Below, one piece after another: positions 53,201 to 64,000 of a stretch of 64,000 nt of DNA (positions within the stretch are counted from its first letter, which is position 1; the number at the start of each line of letters is the position of its first letter). The notes beneath the pieces were generated by a model. The model made no database searches. It was not told the DNA's origin and was given only the letters and a program-made list of their open reading frames with translations. Source of the DNA: Eledone cirrhosa (lineage: Eukaryota); NCBI GenBank assembly GCA_964016885.1, contig OZ024742.1:196602001-196666000 (forward strand), in the 5' to 3' direction. Position numbers and translations under genes: made by a program.

Positions 53201-56200
53201 TCAAACTTTAGACATGTAATACCAATGTAGTAGCCTTCCTTATAGTCCAGCACTGAAAAGTTCAGACTTAATCTGTGTATCTTATTAGGAATACAATAAT
53301 TGTTTCTACTATTGGCACAAGGCCAGCAATTACCCAGTACATTACTGGTACATTATTTTATCGACCCCCGTAAGGATGAAAGGCAAAGAAAATGGTTGAC
53401 TGTTGCATGGATTCATTTCTTAGTTAAAATAATTTTGGTTCTTCATTTCCAGCTACTTCAAATATATCATCACCATTTTCTTTTTACTTTCTAGATTTGC
53501 TTGGTTTCAAAACTGCAGACATTTTACGACTTGATGAAGAAAACATTGAACAAAGAAGTCAGCATATCATTGAATGTGTCCCACTTCTGAAGAGCTTTAG
53601 CCTCAATGGGAAGCTTCTATATGTGGCAATTAGTTGTGATGATCTTGTTCTAGGTGTTGTCATTGAGACTGTTGCAAATGACATATTTTATTTCTTTGAA
53701 ACAAAAGCATTCCTCAGTCCTGTAAGCACATTTTTTGTATTTACTTTATAATATCATCATCATCATTTAATATCTGTTTTCCCTACTAGCGAGAGTTGGA
53801 TGTGTGTATTTCATCATGGCACCTGCACTAGGATAGTAGTCATATCTTTGACATAAATAGTCCTCTATACTCCTTTTTTTTTTTCAAGTTTACTGCAGCT
53901 GAATGCCCTTCCTATCACCAATCACTTTACATGATATACTGATTACATTTTTCATGGCAGAGAGGTTGTTGTGTTTGAATGGTCCCCTCTTCTCTACTGA
54001 AATGTAGGTCCTTTGGAATCATCATATTAAGGTTCCTGAGTGCTTCTTTAGTTCATATCTCATTGCAGTTATATTTGCCTTTTTTCTGTCCAGGTTCGAT
54101 AAATCAATATACAATAATATATCGACCCTAATGAAATCAATATTACATGCTATCCACTAGTATGAGCACGATGACATTAAAAGTCAATGTAGTGAGAGAC
54201 TGTAGGCTAAAATATTTTGTAATTGAACAGAGACAGTATAGTGTTTGAAAATACTCTTCTGCTTAGCCAAGCATGTGACAACCTCTTTAGTACACCCAAT
54301 AAGATGGTGTTATGAAGGACACCCAACTGTAGAAACCATGCCAAATATGCAATGTAATGAACAAGATGGGTTGTTTTGACCTGTCTGGTCTCAAAGACAA
54401 CCTGTCAGTGTGGAAAAAGGACACAAAATGATGATATATTTGTAAAAAAAAAAAAGGGGTGGGGATCAGAAGGACTCTTTAGTTGTGCCAATAAGAACCT
54501 CCGTAGTGTTGGTACGATGCACCTGGTACACTTTGTAACAAACAGTTACGTGCCCTGTTTAGTAGTTGAATGGAATGAACCTCTGTCGATTTCGAAGATG
54601 AATCTTCCAGTGGTTTGATCACTGGAATAACTTGCTCAAGAAATTGTGTAAGTGGCTGAGCATTTCGCTGATTAATGCTCTAAATATATTTTTAATCTTC
54701 AATAAATAAAATATCTGCTATAATTATTATTATTCAGTTAATTTATATGATAAATTAATATGAATTTATTTTAATCTTTAAAACTTTTTATCTTTCAGGG
54801 TGAGATTGGACCATTCTTTTTTCACAGCATGGGACCTGGCATCCAGGTGAAAGATATGGCTTGGAATCCTAAAATGCCAGAGTTGCTTGCTGTGTGCCTT
54901 TCAAATGGGAGTGTGAATATGTTCCAGATTGCTGCTGATGTAAAACTGGTTGCTAGCGTCATTATTGGTGCTTCCTGTTGTAAGTAACCATTGTTTAGCC
55001 TCTACTATTTTATTTTGCAATTGCCCTGCTTATTAATTTTTCAGAATCACCCCCCCCCCCCCCCCACACCCCCCCCCCCCCCCCCCCCACCCCCCTGCTC
55101 TTATTCCAACCGTCCCGCCTATTATATTTTGCTAATCTATCCCCGGCGAAATTTTATTTTAAGTGTTAGCATTCCAGTGATAATTAATTTTCTTTAGACT
55201 TGAAAAAATATACATGACAAAAAAACATTACTAGAAATCTCATAGGTTATAAAATAAATAGGATGGGTTGGGGGGTCTCAATATGTAAACTAAATGACTA
55301 ATTCTGGTTTTAAAAAAGTCAAGGGAGACAACCTAGAAAAATTACCGATTCCCCCCCCCCCCCTATTATTTGGGACCTGAGAGTAGTTTAGATTGTTTTT
55401 TTAAATTTTATTTTAGTTATGTTGTTTAACACCATGTGGAGGCAGACATATGATTAAAGGCGTTCCAGCCATGACTATCTTGTCCTTTTAGGGATATTTA
55501 GAACTTCATTATCTAGAGGGTCGGACCCCATGCTTTGACGCATAGAGTTACGGCCCTTGCCATTCTGAGTTCAAATCCCGCCGAGGTTAACTTTGCCTTA
55601 CGGGGTCGATAAAATAAAGTACCAGTAATGTACTGGGTAATTGCTGGCCTTGTGCCAATAGTCATCATCATCATCTTCGTTTAACGTCCATTTACCACGC
55701 TAGCATGGGTTAGACGGGAGTTGTTCCACTTGAGGCAAGTTGGTTGGGTGACCGAGTTCCGCTCATATAGGACTATCTGGCAGGTTTTCTACGGCTGGAT
55801 GCCCTTCCTAACACCAACCACATTTACAGTGTGGAACTGGGAACTTTTTGCCATGTTACCTACACGGCCACATTACAACGTGGACTGTTTTTTTTCTCGT
55901 GACACCTACACGATCTCGATCTCATTATCTCATTTATTTGGACTGGATGTTGTGGTACGAACTTTATAGAGAGGGGGTGGTGTTAGTGGGACGATAGGGT
56001 AGTGGATTGGGGTGTATATTTGGTTAAGAGGTGCCTACTGACTAGGTTTCGCTTTGTACATAGGCAAGGCGGATCTTCTGTATTACTGCGTAGCGCCAAA
56101 GATCTTGGTCCAGTGACATTGTCTTAGAGAGGTTCAAGTGTGTAAGGTCGGAATTTATCAGATCGTCCCAGGTTTTTCTGGGTCTATCTACTCCATAACT

Positions 56201-57027
56201 ACCATCAATTTTGATCGCCCTGCACTTTTTTATACAGCTGTTGTCTTTCATGCACATCACGTAGCCATACCAACGTAGTCTTCTCTCAAGTAAACAGCAT
56301 CTGATCCCTCTTATTCCTAATTTCTCACTTAGTTCATTTATGCTTTGCCGTTCACTAGAAACAATTATCTAATCTGTCTGATATGGTGCCAGATTGAATG
56401 ACCATGTAGAGTGTCCATTATTGGGTTGTTATTGACTTGCTAATTATATAATTAAATGGCTACTCTCGAATAATCCCCACTCTGCTTGTTAATTTTTCAG
56501 ACCCCCCCCCCCCTCCTTCTCACTTATTAAATTTTGCTAATAGGATGGTTTGAGGTTTCAGTATGTAAACTAAACAACTAATTCTGACAACCGAGAAAAA
56601 TTACTGATTTTCCACTTTGTCTTTCACTCTTCTAAAGAAAAGTGATGGTGGTAAAATAAAAACCAATAATAATGGACTGAGAAACTATTACACTTTCGTT
56701 ACAATATTTCTAATGAAATAAACTGTAATTGAATTAATTAATGAAGGATTTGGTGGCATTTACTGGCATGTAAAATTGTTTCATTTTTAAGATATTTGTA
56801 ACTTAACAAAAATGTTAAAATTATATAAAATGAAATTGGTAGATGTTAATTTAAATAGGAACCCTCCCTTTAACATGGGTGGTTTTTGTTTCACAGAACC
56901 AAAGCCAGTTTTGGGGTATGAAAAGAGTTAAATTAATTCTACCACTTTCCTACAAATTGGTGATCTAATGCCAATTTAAAAAAAGATCATAATATAATTT
57001 ACTTAATCAAAAATAGATAATCTTTAA

Positions 57028-57115
<88 letters not shown>

Positions 57116-60100
57116 GGTAAAAAACAAGTAAGCTAATCAGGAGGAAAGAGTGGTGATTAAGTTATGCAGATTACTAGCCAGTATAGAGAAGGTTAATGTG
57201 CTCAATGCATATAGGTTGTTAGACTAGCGAGCCATGCGATTAGATGGAAAGAGAGATAGTTTAACAATTGTATAATAAGCAGAGCAAAAAATCATATTTA
57301 AAATGTTGAAGAGAACAACGAAGATTTATGAATACATCTATATATTTAATGGCCGACAAGATGTTTCAAATATTACCCAGTAAGGATGGATGTTGGGATA
57401 TCGAATATAAATCGATATTAGTCCATTAAAAATAAATAAATAAGTATCAATATTATCTTCAGAGCCTAAAAAAACATTTCTTTATAACATTAATTCATAA
57501 ATTAAATCATATCGCTGAAGTGAGAAACCTACTTTAAATGTGGAATGTTGATATTAAAAGGATGGAAATGAATATTTGAAACATCTTGTCAGCCATTAAA
57601 TATATACATGTATTCATAAATCTTTGTTGTTCTCGCCAGCATTTTAAATATGATATATATATATACTGTAGTAATAGTTTGGTAGAAATATCCAAGGGTA
57701 AGAGCACTCAGTCCATAGGACGAGTTAAGTATAATTAGTTACAACAGTGACATATACAGGTACTTAAGTTTTGTTGGGTTATACACAGCAACTCATTCAG
57801 CCTGTTAGAAAAACAAAGATATACGAGTCCCGGGTTCAATTGGAGTAACCACAGTTAGTAAGGTACTCAATACATTAGTAGAGTGTAAACATCAAGTTTA
57901 ATGTAGGAAAGGTCTTTCCTGATAATTTCTTTTGAATTAAACAGTTCTAGTCCTGTAGAAGCCATTTCGATATTAAAATTGATTGATATATCTATATCTA
58001 TATGTATATATTTATTTATTTTTGTCTTATAGTATGCTGGAGTCCTAAGGGCAAACAGTTAGTTGTTGGAACAAAATCAGGAGAACTGAAACAGTTTCAA
58101 CCCCAGCTGGCAATTACGAAAAACTGGCCTCCACCAAATAATCTTGGCGATGGTCAACATGAAGGTTGGTCAATGAATTGGCTTTTTAATTATATCTGAT
58201 AAATTCTTTGTTTAGATTGATTTTGTGTGTATTCCAAAAAGGCAAATTCTATTAAGACATCATTATCATCATCATCACCACCATCACCACTATTGTCATT
58301 GTCATAATCACTGTTATCATTATCATCATTATCATCCCTATCATCATCATCATATATCTTGCTTACATGTGTTCCCACACTCTACAGATTGCATTGAGTA
58401 CATATTTTCATGGCACCAGTATTGGGGATATGTTGACAAGTTTGGCAGGTTTTCTATGGCTGCACACCCTTTCTATCACCAATTATTTTACAAACTTTAC
58501 TGGAGGCATTTATCATGTAGATCACCAACACTAGGGAGGTTCTCATGTGTTTGACACAGCTGAAGGGTCCTCCTGACCCTTTGTTTGGCAGGTTTTCTAC
58601 AACAATGCCCTTCTTATCACCTATCATCATCATCATACGTCCGCTTTTCCCTGCTTGCAAGGGTGGGACGGGAACTGATGCTGGCTTGATTTCTACAGCT
58701 GGATGCCCTTCCTAACACCAACCTCATTTACAGTGAGTGCTGGGTGCTTTTTTTCCGTGGGACCTCCACGACCACTTTGCAGTGGAATGATAGGGACCCC
58801 AGTCCTATCATCTCATTTCTACAGCTGAGTAAACTGGAGCAATGTGAAATAAAGTGTCTTGCTCAAGGAAACAACACATCACCCGGTCTGAGAATTGAAC
58901 TCGCAACCTTTCGATTGCAAGGCCAATGCTCTAACCACTAAGCCATGTGCCTTCACTTTACAAAGTATACTGGATATATTTATTTACCACTTTACAAAGT
59001 ATACTGGATACATTTATTATATCACCAACACTAGAAAGATTGTCATACCTTTGGCACAACTGAAAAGTCCTTTCAGCCCTTTTTGGTATGGTTTCTATGG
59101 CTGGATACCCATCCTATCATCAACCACTTTACAGTGTGTACCCTCAAGATGCGAAGGAAAAGGAAAAATGAATAACAGTAAGATTATTGATAATAGAAAA
59201 ATATAAAGAGGAGTGAAATAAGATGAAAGAGAAAAGTATAGTGTGATATAACTACATTAATAATTTAAATATAGTGAGAGGAAAAGAGAAAACGATGTCA
59301 TGACCTGTCCTGCTAATGTTATTCTTATGTAACTCATCTGATGTTTCTGAAATGGACAACAGTTGTTATATAAGAAATTGAATTATGGAAAAGTAGAACT
59401 GTCTCTTCATATTCATTAACATGCCAATACTCCATTGGGTACTGGTCTACATGATTCCTGAGCTTACTTAGATAGGTTCAACTGGCATGGAGTGCTAAGA
59501 CCTGATTGCACCATAATTCGCCAATTAGGCTGATAAAATTCAACACTGACAATCAACAATATATATATATATATATATATATACAGGGTGCGAACAATAT
59601 TTGTTCGCAAGATTACTGTCTAGGAAAAAATAACACAGTAGTTTTATTTTTTAAGATTTATTTATCAAACTTGGGTCAGTTTGTCTTCATGACTTGTTCT
59701 TTCGATCTCACTCAATAAACCCGCCATTGTCTTTGATGGCGGCCTCGGAACCGGCTACAGGCCTCCGTCACTGCCCCCCGACTTAGGCCCCTAAAGGCAC
59801 TTGTGATCCTGGCCTTCAGATCGTCTTTCGTATTGCAGCTAGATCTGTTGGTGTCTCGTTCCATTGCGCCCCACACAAAGAAGTCGAGAGGGTTGCAGTC
59901 AGGCGAGCTGGGAGGCCAGATGTCAGGTGAAGTGTGGTCGACGAAGTTCTCTGACAGCCAGGCTTGGGTCTTTCGGCTGGTATGGCAGGGCGCTGAGTCT
60001 TGGTGCCACATGTATGGCCTACCTGCAGCTACCTGGTCGATCCAGGGCTTTACTACCTCGCTCAGAACGCGGATGTAGCCATTGGTGTTCAGCGTGAGGT

Positions 60101-62540
60101 GGCATGACGTCACCTTGACTGCTGACGACACCTAAGACCAATGTTGTTGCTGGAAACTTTGTCTGCATGACTCTGGGCACGTCTTTGGATGAGACAGCGA
60201 GCCACCTGTTGTTCTGGGAGTTGATCTTCTGGCCTTGGCAGAAGTTTTTCTCGTCGGAGAAAAACCACAGCATGTCTGGCTCCAGTGGGTGTTTCAACTT
60301 GTTGATCAACTTCTTTGCATGTTTCAGTCGCTTTTCTTGCATCGCGTTTGACAGAAATTGTCCTTTCATCATATTGTATGAAACGTAGCGAATGTCTTCA
60401 TGTACCACCAGCCTAATGAGCTTTTCATCCACGCCTTTCTCCCTTGCAATGGCATGCATCGACTTGCTTGGTTCATTGTTGATGATATCCTGAACTTCAG
60501 CGACGAACTTGGGCGTTCTGAAGACGTGAGATCGTCGATCATGTGTTTCCCTCTCTGATGTTGCTTCGTAGTCGAATCCTGAATCTTCCAATTCCTTTCT
60601 GACCTTTTCCACCATTCTCCTGCTGAACGCTGAGAAAGTCTGAAATTTCCTTATTTGTCCTCCCGGTGCGGATTCCAAGAAGAATTCCGTGTCTCTTCCA
60701 CGAATTTGGAGGTTCAAAATTATTCATAATCAATTATTCTGAAAATAAATAATGGAAATATAGTCACTGTTTTTATGAAGACAAGAGTGACAACGGAAGT
60801 AAAAAAAATTTGCATAAAATTAGCAGTTGAAAATTGCAAACAAATATCGTCTGCACCCTGTATATATACACACACAGTCTCAACTCTTGATATGTAATGT
60901 TCTATTTCCCTATATTTACAGTGTTGGATGTTGTGTGGGTAGCTACATACATGTTCCTTGCTGCATACCAAATTGCTGGTAGACAACAGCCTACAGTACA
61001 AATAGTGAATGTACCAGTAAGTTTTGTTGTTTTATAATTGTTATGTTCACTTCCATTTGTCATGTATAAGATCTTCATGTCTTTTGTCTTTATTATAAAA
61101 TTCAGTTGGTTATTAATTTAGAATTTATTGTTTTTAATATAAAAAGTTAAGTAAATATGTGAAGTAATTCCATCGGAAATGTCCAGGAAAAAAGAGTGCT
61201 CTATGTTGGTTACAGAGCTTATTAGTTATGTAATAAAAAACATAAGATAATTATTTCATTTACCAGTGGTTTCTTGAAAGCAAACAAATCTGCTTTCAGT
61301 CATCAGAATGAAAAAAACACCAGGATTTTTTCATTCTGACGACTGAAAGCAGATTTGTTTGCTTTCAAGAAACCACTGGTAAATGAAATAATTATCTTAT
61401 GTTGTTTATTACATAACTAGAAAGTTAAGTAGGTCAAAAGTGGCCTGCACCAGAGAGTGTTGATGTATATGATTTGAGCGGATATGTTGTAGTTGTAGCT
61501 ATTGGTCAGACTTATGATTAAAGGCATTCTGTGTGTGTGTGTGTTGGACTGTCATCAGTTTTGATGTTTGTAAAATTAACCATAGAAATATCCAGAGCCA
61601 TGCAAGCTTGTCAGGTGGATGTTTTGTGAAAGTTAAAGATTGTATGAGTGGACAGCTAAGAGCAGACAATGTCCTGATTGGTCTTAATATATAATTTGAG
61701 GAGTATACCACACACGGGTATCATACAGTCTACCCTTTACTCTGTGAGAGAAGCCTTTTGTCATCAGTAGAGGTATTGGCTCTCTAAACTTCTTTCAGTA
61801 CATTACTACTCTGGCTACTGCACTTTCTGAGCAACCTTTCCCACTGCTCATTAGATCACCTAAGTAACAAAAATTGCCTACGACTTCTAGGGAGCCTTCT
61901 GGGTAATTAAGGCAACCTATTTCGCCTGTGCTCTTAGTACTTATTTTTCCTTTACATCTGCTGCATACAAAATCTATCTTCTCCATTAACCTGCCTGTGA
62001 TCCAATTACATTTTTTGAGCATCCATAGATTACACTGTCTGCACATTATGAAGTTTGTGCCCACCCTTTTTCAGCATATTGAATAAGACTCTTCCCAGAT
62101 AGTATCAGTCCTGTCTTCTTTTCTACTTACTAGATGAGGGTGATGTCTTCTCCCTCTTTCTGTCACACACACACACACACACACACTCTTTAAACAAATG
62201 ATGTTCCTTTTCTCTCTATTTATGTATATCTCCTTTGCTTGGCATTCCTCCTCTATATATATAAATGAAGGCAATGTCATAACTTTCTGTCTATCTACCT
62301 CTTCTGTCACCTCAGAAACATGGCGTTCCCTTTTCTCACTTGATCTATGTACATATCTCTTGCTTGGTGTTCCAAAGATGTCTGACAATTATATTTACAT
62401 GCTCTAAACACTATTAAAAGATTCTTATTTTATTTCTTTCAGAAAGCTGGTGATCCTAGTTTTATAAATTTTAGAGATCCTTGTTTTGGCTCTGGAGAAG
62501 ATCGAGAAAATAAATATATTTTACAACTTCTTATTGGCTG
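49011..62540 (+). CDS. NUP214: Nuclear pore complex protein Nup214/CAN-like, N-terminal beta-propeller; partial spliced gene, 7 exons, 3' end outside the window
   Basis: Join 49011-49037, 52024-52150, 53495-53721, 54799-54979, 58033-58164, 60922-61016, 62443-62540. All introns GT-AG with consistent phases (0,1,0,1,1,0,2). Motifs DFEFQQL, LLASSSKYGL, WNP, LAVCLSNGS, CWSPKGKQLVVG, FINF.D.CFG match Nup214. Confidence 0.9.
50929..51200. mobile_element. Old MITE with ~75 bp imperfect TIRs, NUP214 intron 1
   Basis: TGATGCA..GTTTTGTACTTTTCAAGAAT mirrored by ATTCTTGAAAAGTATAAAAC..TGCATCA. Confidence 0.7.
51476..51688. mobile_element. piggyBac-type MITE, NUP214 intron 1
   Basis: TTAA|CCCTTTAA...TTAAAGGG|TTAA. 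Confidence 0.8.
52024..52150 (+). CDS. NUP214: NUP214 exon 2
   Basis: TAG|GAT...AAT A|GTAAGT; DFEFQQLCKFRLFQP...SSLLASSSKYGLSFAGFGN. Confidence 0.9.
52626..53130 (+). mobile_element. Helentron/DINE-1-like non-autonomous element
   Basis: ACTAGC..TACCCAGCGTTGC start, internal duplication, AAGTTTGAAAAAATTCGG, ACAGACAGACA microsatellite near the 3' end. Confidence 0.5.
53495..53721 (+). CDS. NUP214: NUP214 exon 3
   Basis: CTAG|AT...CCT|GTAAGC; LLGFKTADIL...VAISCDDLVLGV...FFETKAF. Confidence 0.9.
54799..54979 (+). CDS. NUP214: NUP214 exon 4
   Basis: TTTCAG|GGT...T|GTAAGT; VKDMAWNPKMPELLAVCLSNGSV. Confidence 0.92.
55662..56356 (-). mobile_element. RTE 3' fragment, NUP214 intron 4
   Basis: RRLRWYG, RPRKTWDDLI; (CAT)n tail. 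Confidence 0.85.
57291..57654. mobile_element. MITE with ~85 bp TIRs, NUP214 intron 4
   Basis: ATCATATTTAAAATG...ACAAGATGTTTCAAATATT mirrored at 57571-57654. Confidence 0.8.
58033..58164 (+). CDS. NUP214: NUP214 exon 5
   Basis: TAG|TA...GAA G|GTTGGT; CWSPKGKQLVVGTKSGELKQFQP. Confidence 0.92.
58623..58955 (-). mobile_element. tRNA SINE with RTE-derived tail, same family as 5885-6230
   Basis: Near-identical sequence. Confidence 0.85.
59584..60860 (-). mobile_element. Full-length Tc1/mariner superfamily transposon, DD37D (maT) type, with frameshifted transposase
   Basis: TA|CAGGGTGCGAACAATATTTGTTCGCAA ... TTGCAAACAAATATCGTCTGCACCCTG|TA; WFFSDEKNF, WHQDSAPCH, WPPSSPDCNPLD with 37 residues between the 2nd and 3rd Asp. 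Confidence 0.92.
60922..61016 (+). CDS. NUP214: NUP214 exon 6
   Basis: TTTACAG|TG...CCA|GTAAGT; VLDVVWVATYMFLAAY. Confidence 0.88.
61223..61419. repeat. Near-perfect palindrome (94 bp arms, 9 nt loop), TA-bounded, MITE-like
   Basis: Arms are reverse complements with two mismatches. Confidence 0.92.
61705..62132 (-). mobile_element. Decayed RTE internal fragment
   Basis: CRQCNLW..KC, FCYLGDLMSSGKGCSESAVARV. Confidence 0.75.
62443..62540 (+). CDS. NUP214: NUP214 exon 7
   Basis: TTTCAG|AAA...TG|GTAAGT; PSFINFRDPCFGSGEDR. Confidence 0.88.
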
Positions 62541-62737
62541 GTAAGTTCTGAATTTCTCAAGTTTTATAAATTGTTAGGATATGATGTGTTTCTGCTGTTA
62601 AATCCACAAACATTGTCGAGTTGGACACCATACACCCTCAATCAAAATCTTTCACTTCTATCTTTTACTATCAATGAAAAAAATTCATTTTCTATCAATG
62701 TAACCAATTTAGAGAAAATATTTCTTTGTTATTGATA

Positions 62738-63040
62738 ATGACCGAGACCTCTGGCGTTACACAGTAATACAGGAGACCCGATTTCCCACGGGTACAAGCC
62801 AAAGCTGAAGCAAATAGACAGTACCTCCCATGCCCCTCCCACTGTAACAAAACTCACCAAGTCCACACTGTAAATGAGGTTGGTGTTAGGAAGGGCATCC
62901 AGCTGTAGAAATCAAGCCAAAATCAGTTCCGTATGAGCAAGACATGGTCACCTGATCTGGCATTGCCCACAACAGGACAACCCGTCTAACCCATGCTGGC
63001 GTGGAAGAATGGACGTAAAACGGTGATGATGATGATGAAT
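62738..63040 (+). mobile_element. RTE 3' end with (GAT)n tail
   Basis: Reverse complement of the 34996-35350 module. Confidence 0.8.
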
Positions 63041-63430
63041 GAGTTCTTAATTACTAATAATAATTGTTTCTATTTTTGGCACAAAAGGCAGCAATATGAA
63101 AGGAAGGGGAAAGTCGATTAAATCGACCCCCGTGTCTTACTGGTGATTTATTTTATCGACCCTGTAAGGATGAAAGGCAAAGCTGACTTCGATGGGATTT
63201 GAACTCAGAGCATAAATGGCTGTAACTATATACCACAAAGCATGTTGTCCAACACCTTACCTTACAGTAGGGTGTAATTTCAGAGGCGTATGAAGGTGGG
63301 CTAAAAAGTTCATAGGCTGACTATGAAGGAAAGATGTTAGAGCTGTGAAATCTTCCATTCATTAATTTCAACAATTTTCTTTTATTCTGTTTTAAAGTAC
63401 ACCATGTACATACACACAATCTCTCTCTCA

Positions 63431-63464
<34 letters not shown>

Positions 63465-63562
63465 TAATAATAATAGATTTGAAGACTAAAATCCAAAGAG
63501 GGCTCGATAAGGATAAATATATATCAAATATATAAGAACCCTAGAGCAAATATTTATTAAAA

Positions 63563-64000
63563 TAACAGATTAAAGTTTAAGCAAAGAATCGCTGCTTTCA
63601 CCCTTAACGGGATCTTCTGAAGCTAAAAAAATTCAATCTGTGAACGCAGAAGTAAATATTTCGAAAAACGTTGCAACCGAAGGAAAACTCTGAAGCCGAG
63701 AATCATTCGGTTTCCTAAATAGAATATTAGTCTGCGACTTCATTTATACCATAAACGTGGTTTTGTCTTTGCGTGTAATTGTTCTCATCGCTCCACATCA
63801 TGACGTATTATCTTCGCTTTTTTTCCGTTCATTGTGAGGGAACGTCTCCACAAACCAATGTATCGTCTTCCTGTTTTCCTTCGGTTGCAACGTTTTTCGA
63901 AATATTTGCTTCTGCGTTCACAGATTGATTTTTTTTTTAGTTTCAGAAGATCCCGCTGAGGGTGAAAGCAGCAATTCTTTGCTTAAACTTTAATCTGTTA
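63563..64000. mobile_element. Large MITE/foldback element with >125 bp inverted repeats, truncated by the window end
   Basis: 63563-63688 is the reverse complement of 63873-64000. Confidence 0.8.

Overview
AT-rich, microsatellite- and transposon-dense eukaryotic (animal) DNA. The repeat content (RTE LINEs with (CAT)n tails, Nin/Deu-domain and V/Meta-like tRNA SINEs, long (TA)n) suggests an octopod cephalopod; this is inference. The only host gene I can support is the 5' part of a nucleoporin NUP214/CAN-like gene on the + strand: 7 phase-consistent GT-AG coding exons from ATG 49011 to 62540, continuing past the window. Its promoter carries ZNF143/SBS-like and NRF1-like motifs. The first ~48 kb is mostly nested mobile DNA: L1/Tx1, RTE, CR1, R4/Dong and CRE retrotransposon fragments, SINEs, piggyBac-type and other MITEs, Helentron-like elements and satellites. 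Most short ORFs in the supplied track are microsatellite or antisense artefacts. Most notable observations: (i) four minimal type-I hammerhead-ribozyme-like motifs, one of them structurally complete; (ii) a tRNA SINE whose 3' tail matches the RTE LINE in the same window; (iii) a 1.3 kb foldback array upstream of the NUP214 promoter; (iv) near-perfect intronic hairpins and a DD37D/maT transposon inside NUP214; (v) apparent microsatellite targeting by RTE and Tx1 elements. All calls were made by eye, without database searches, and repeat boundaries are approximate.
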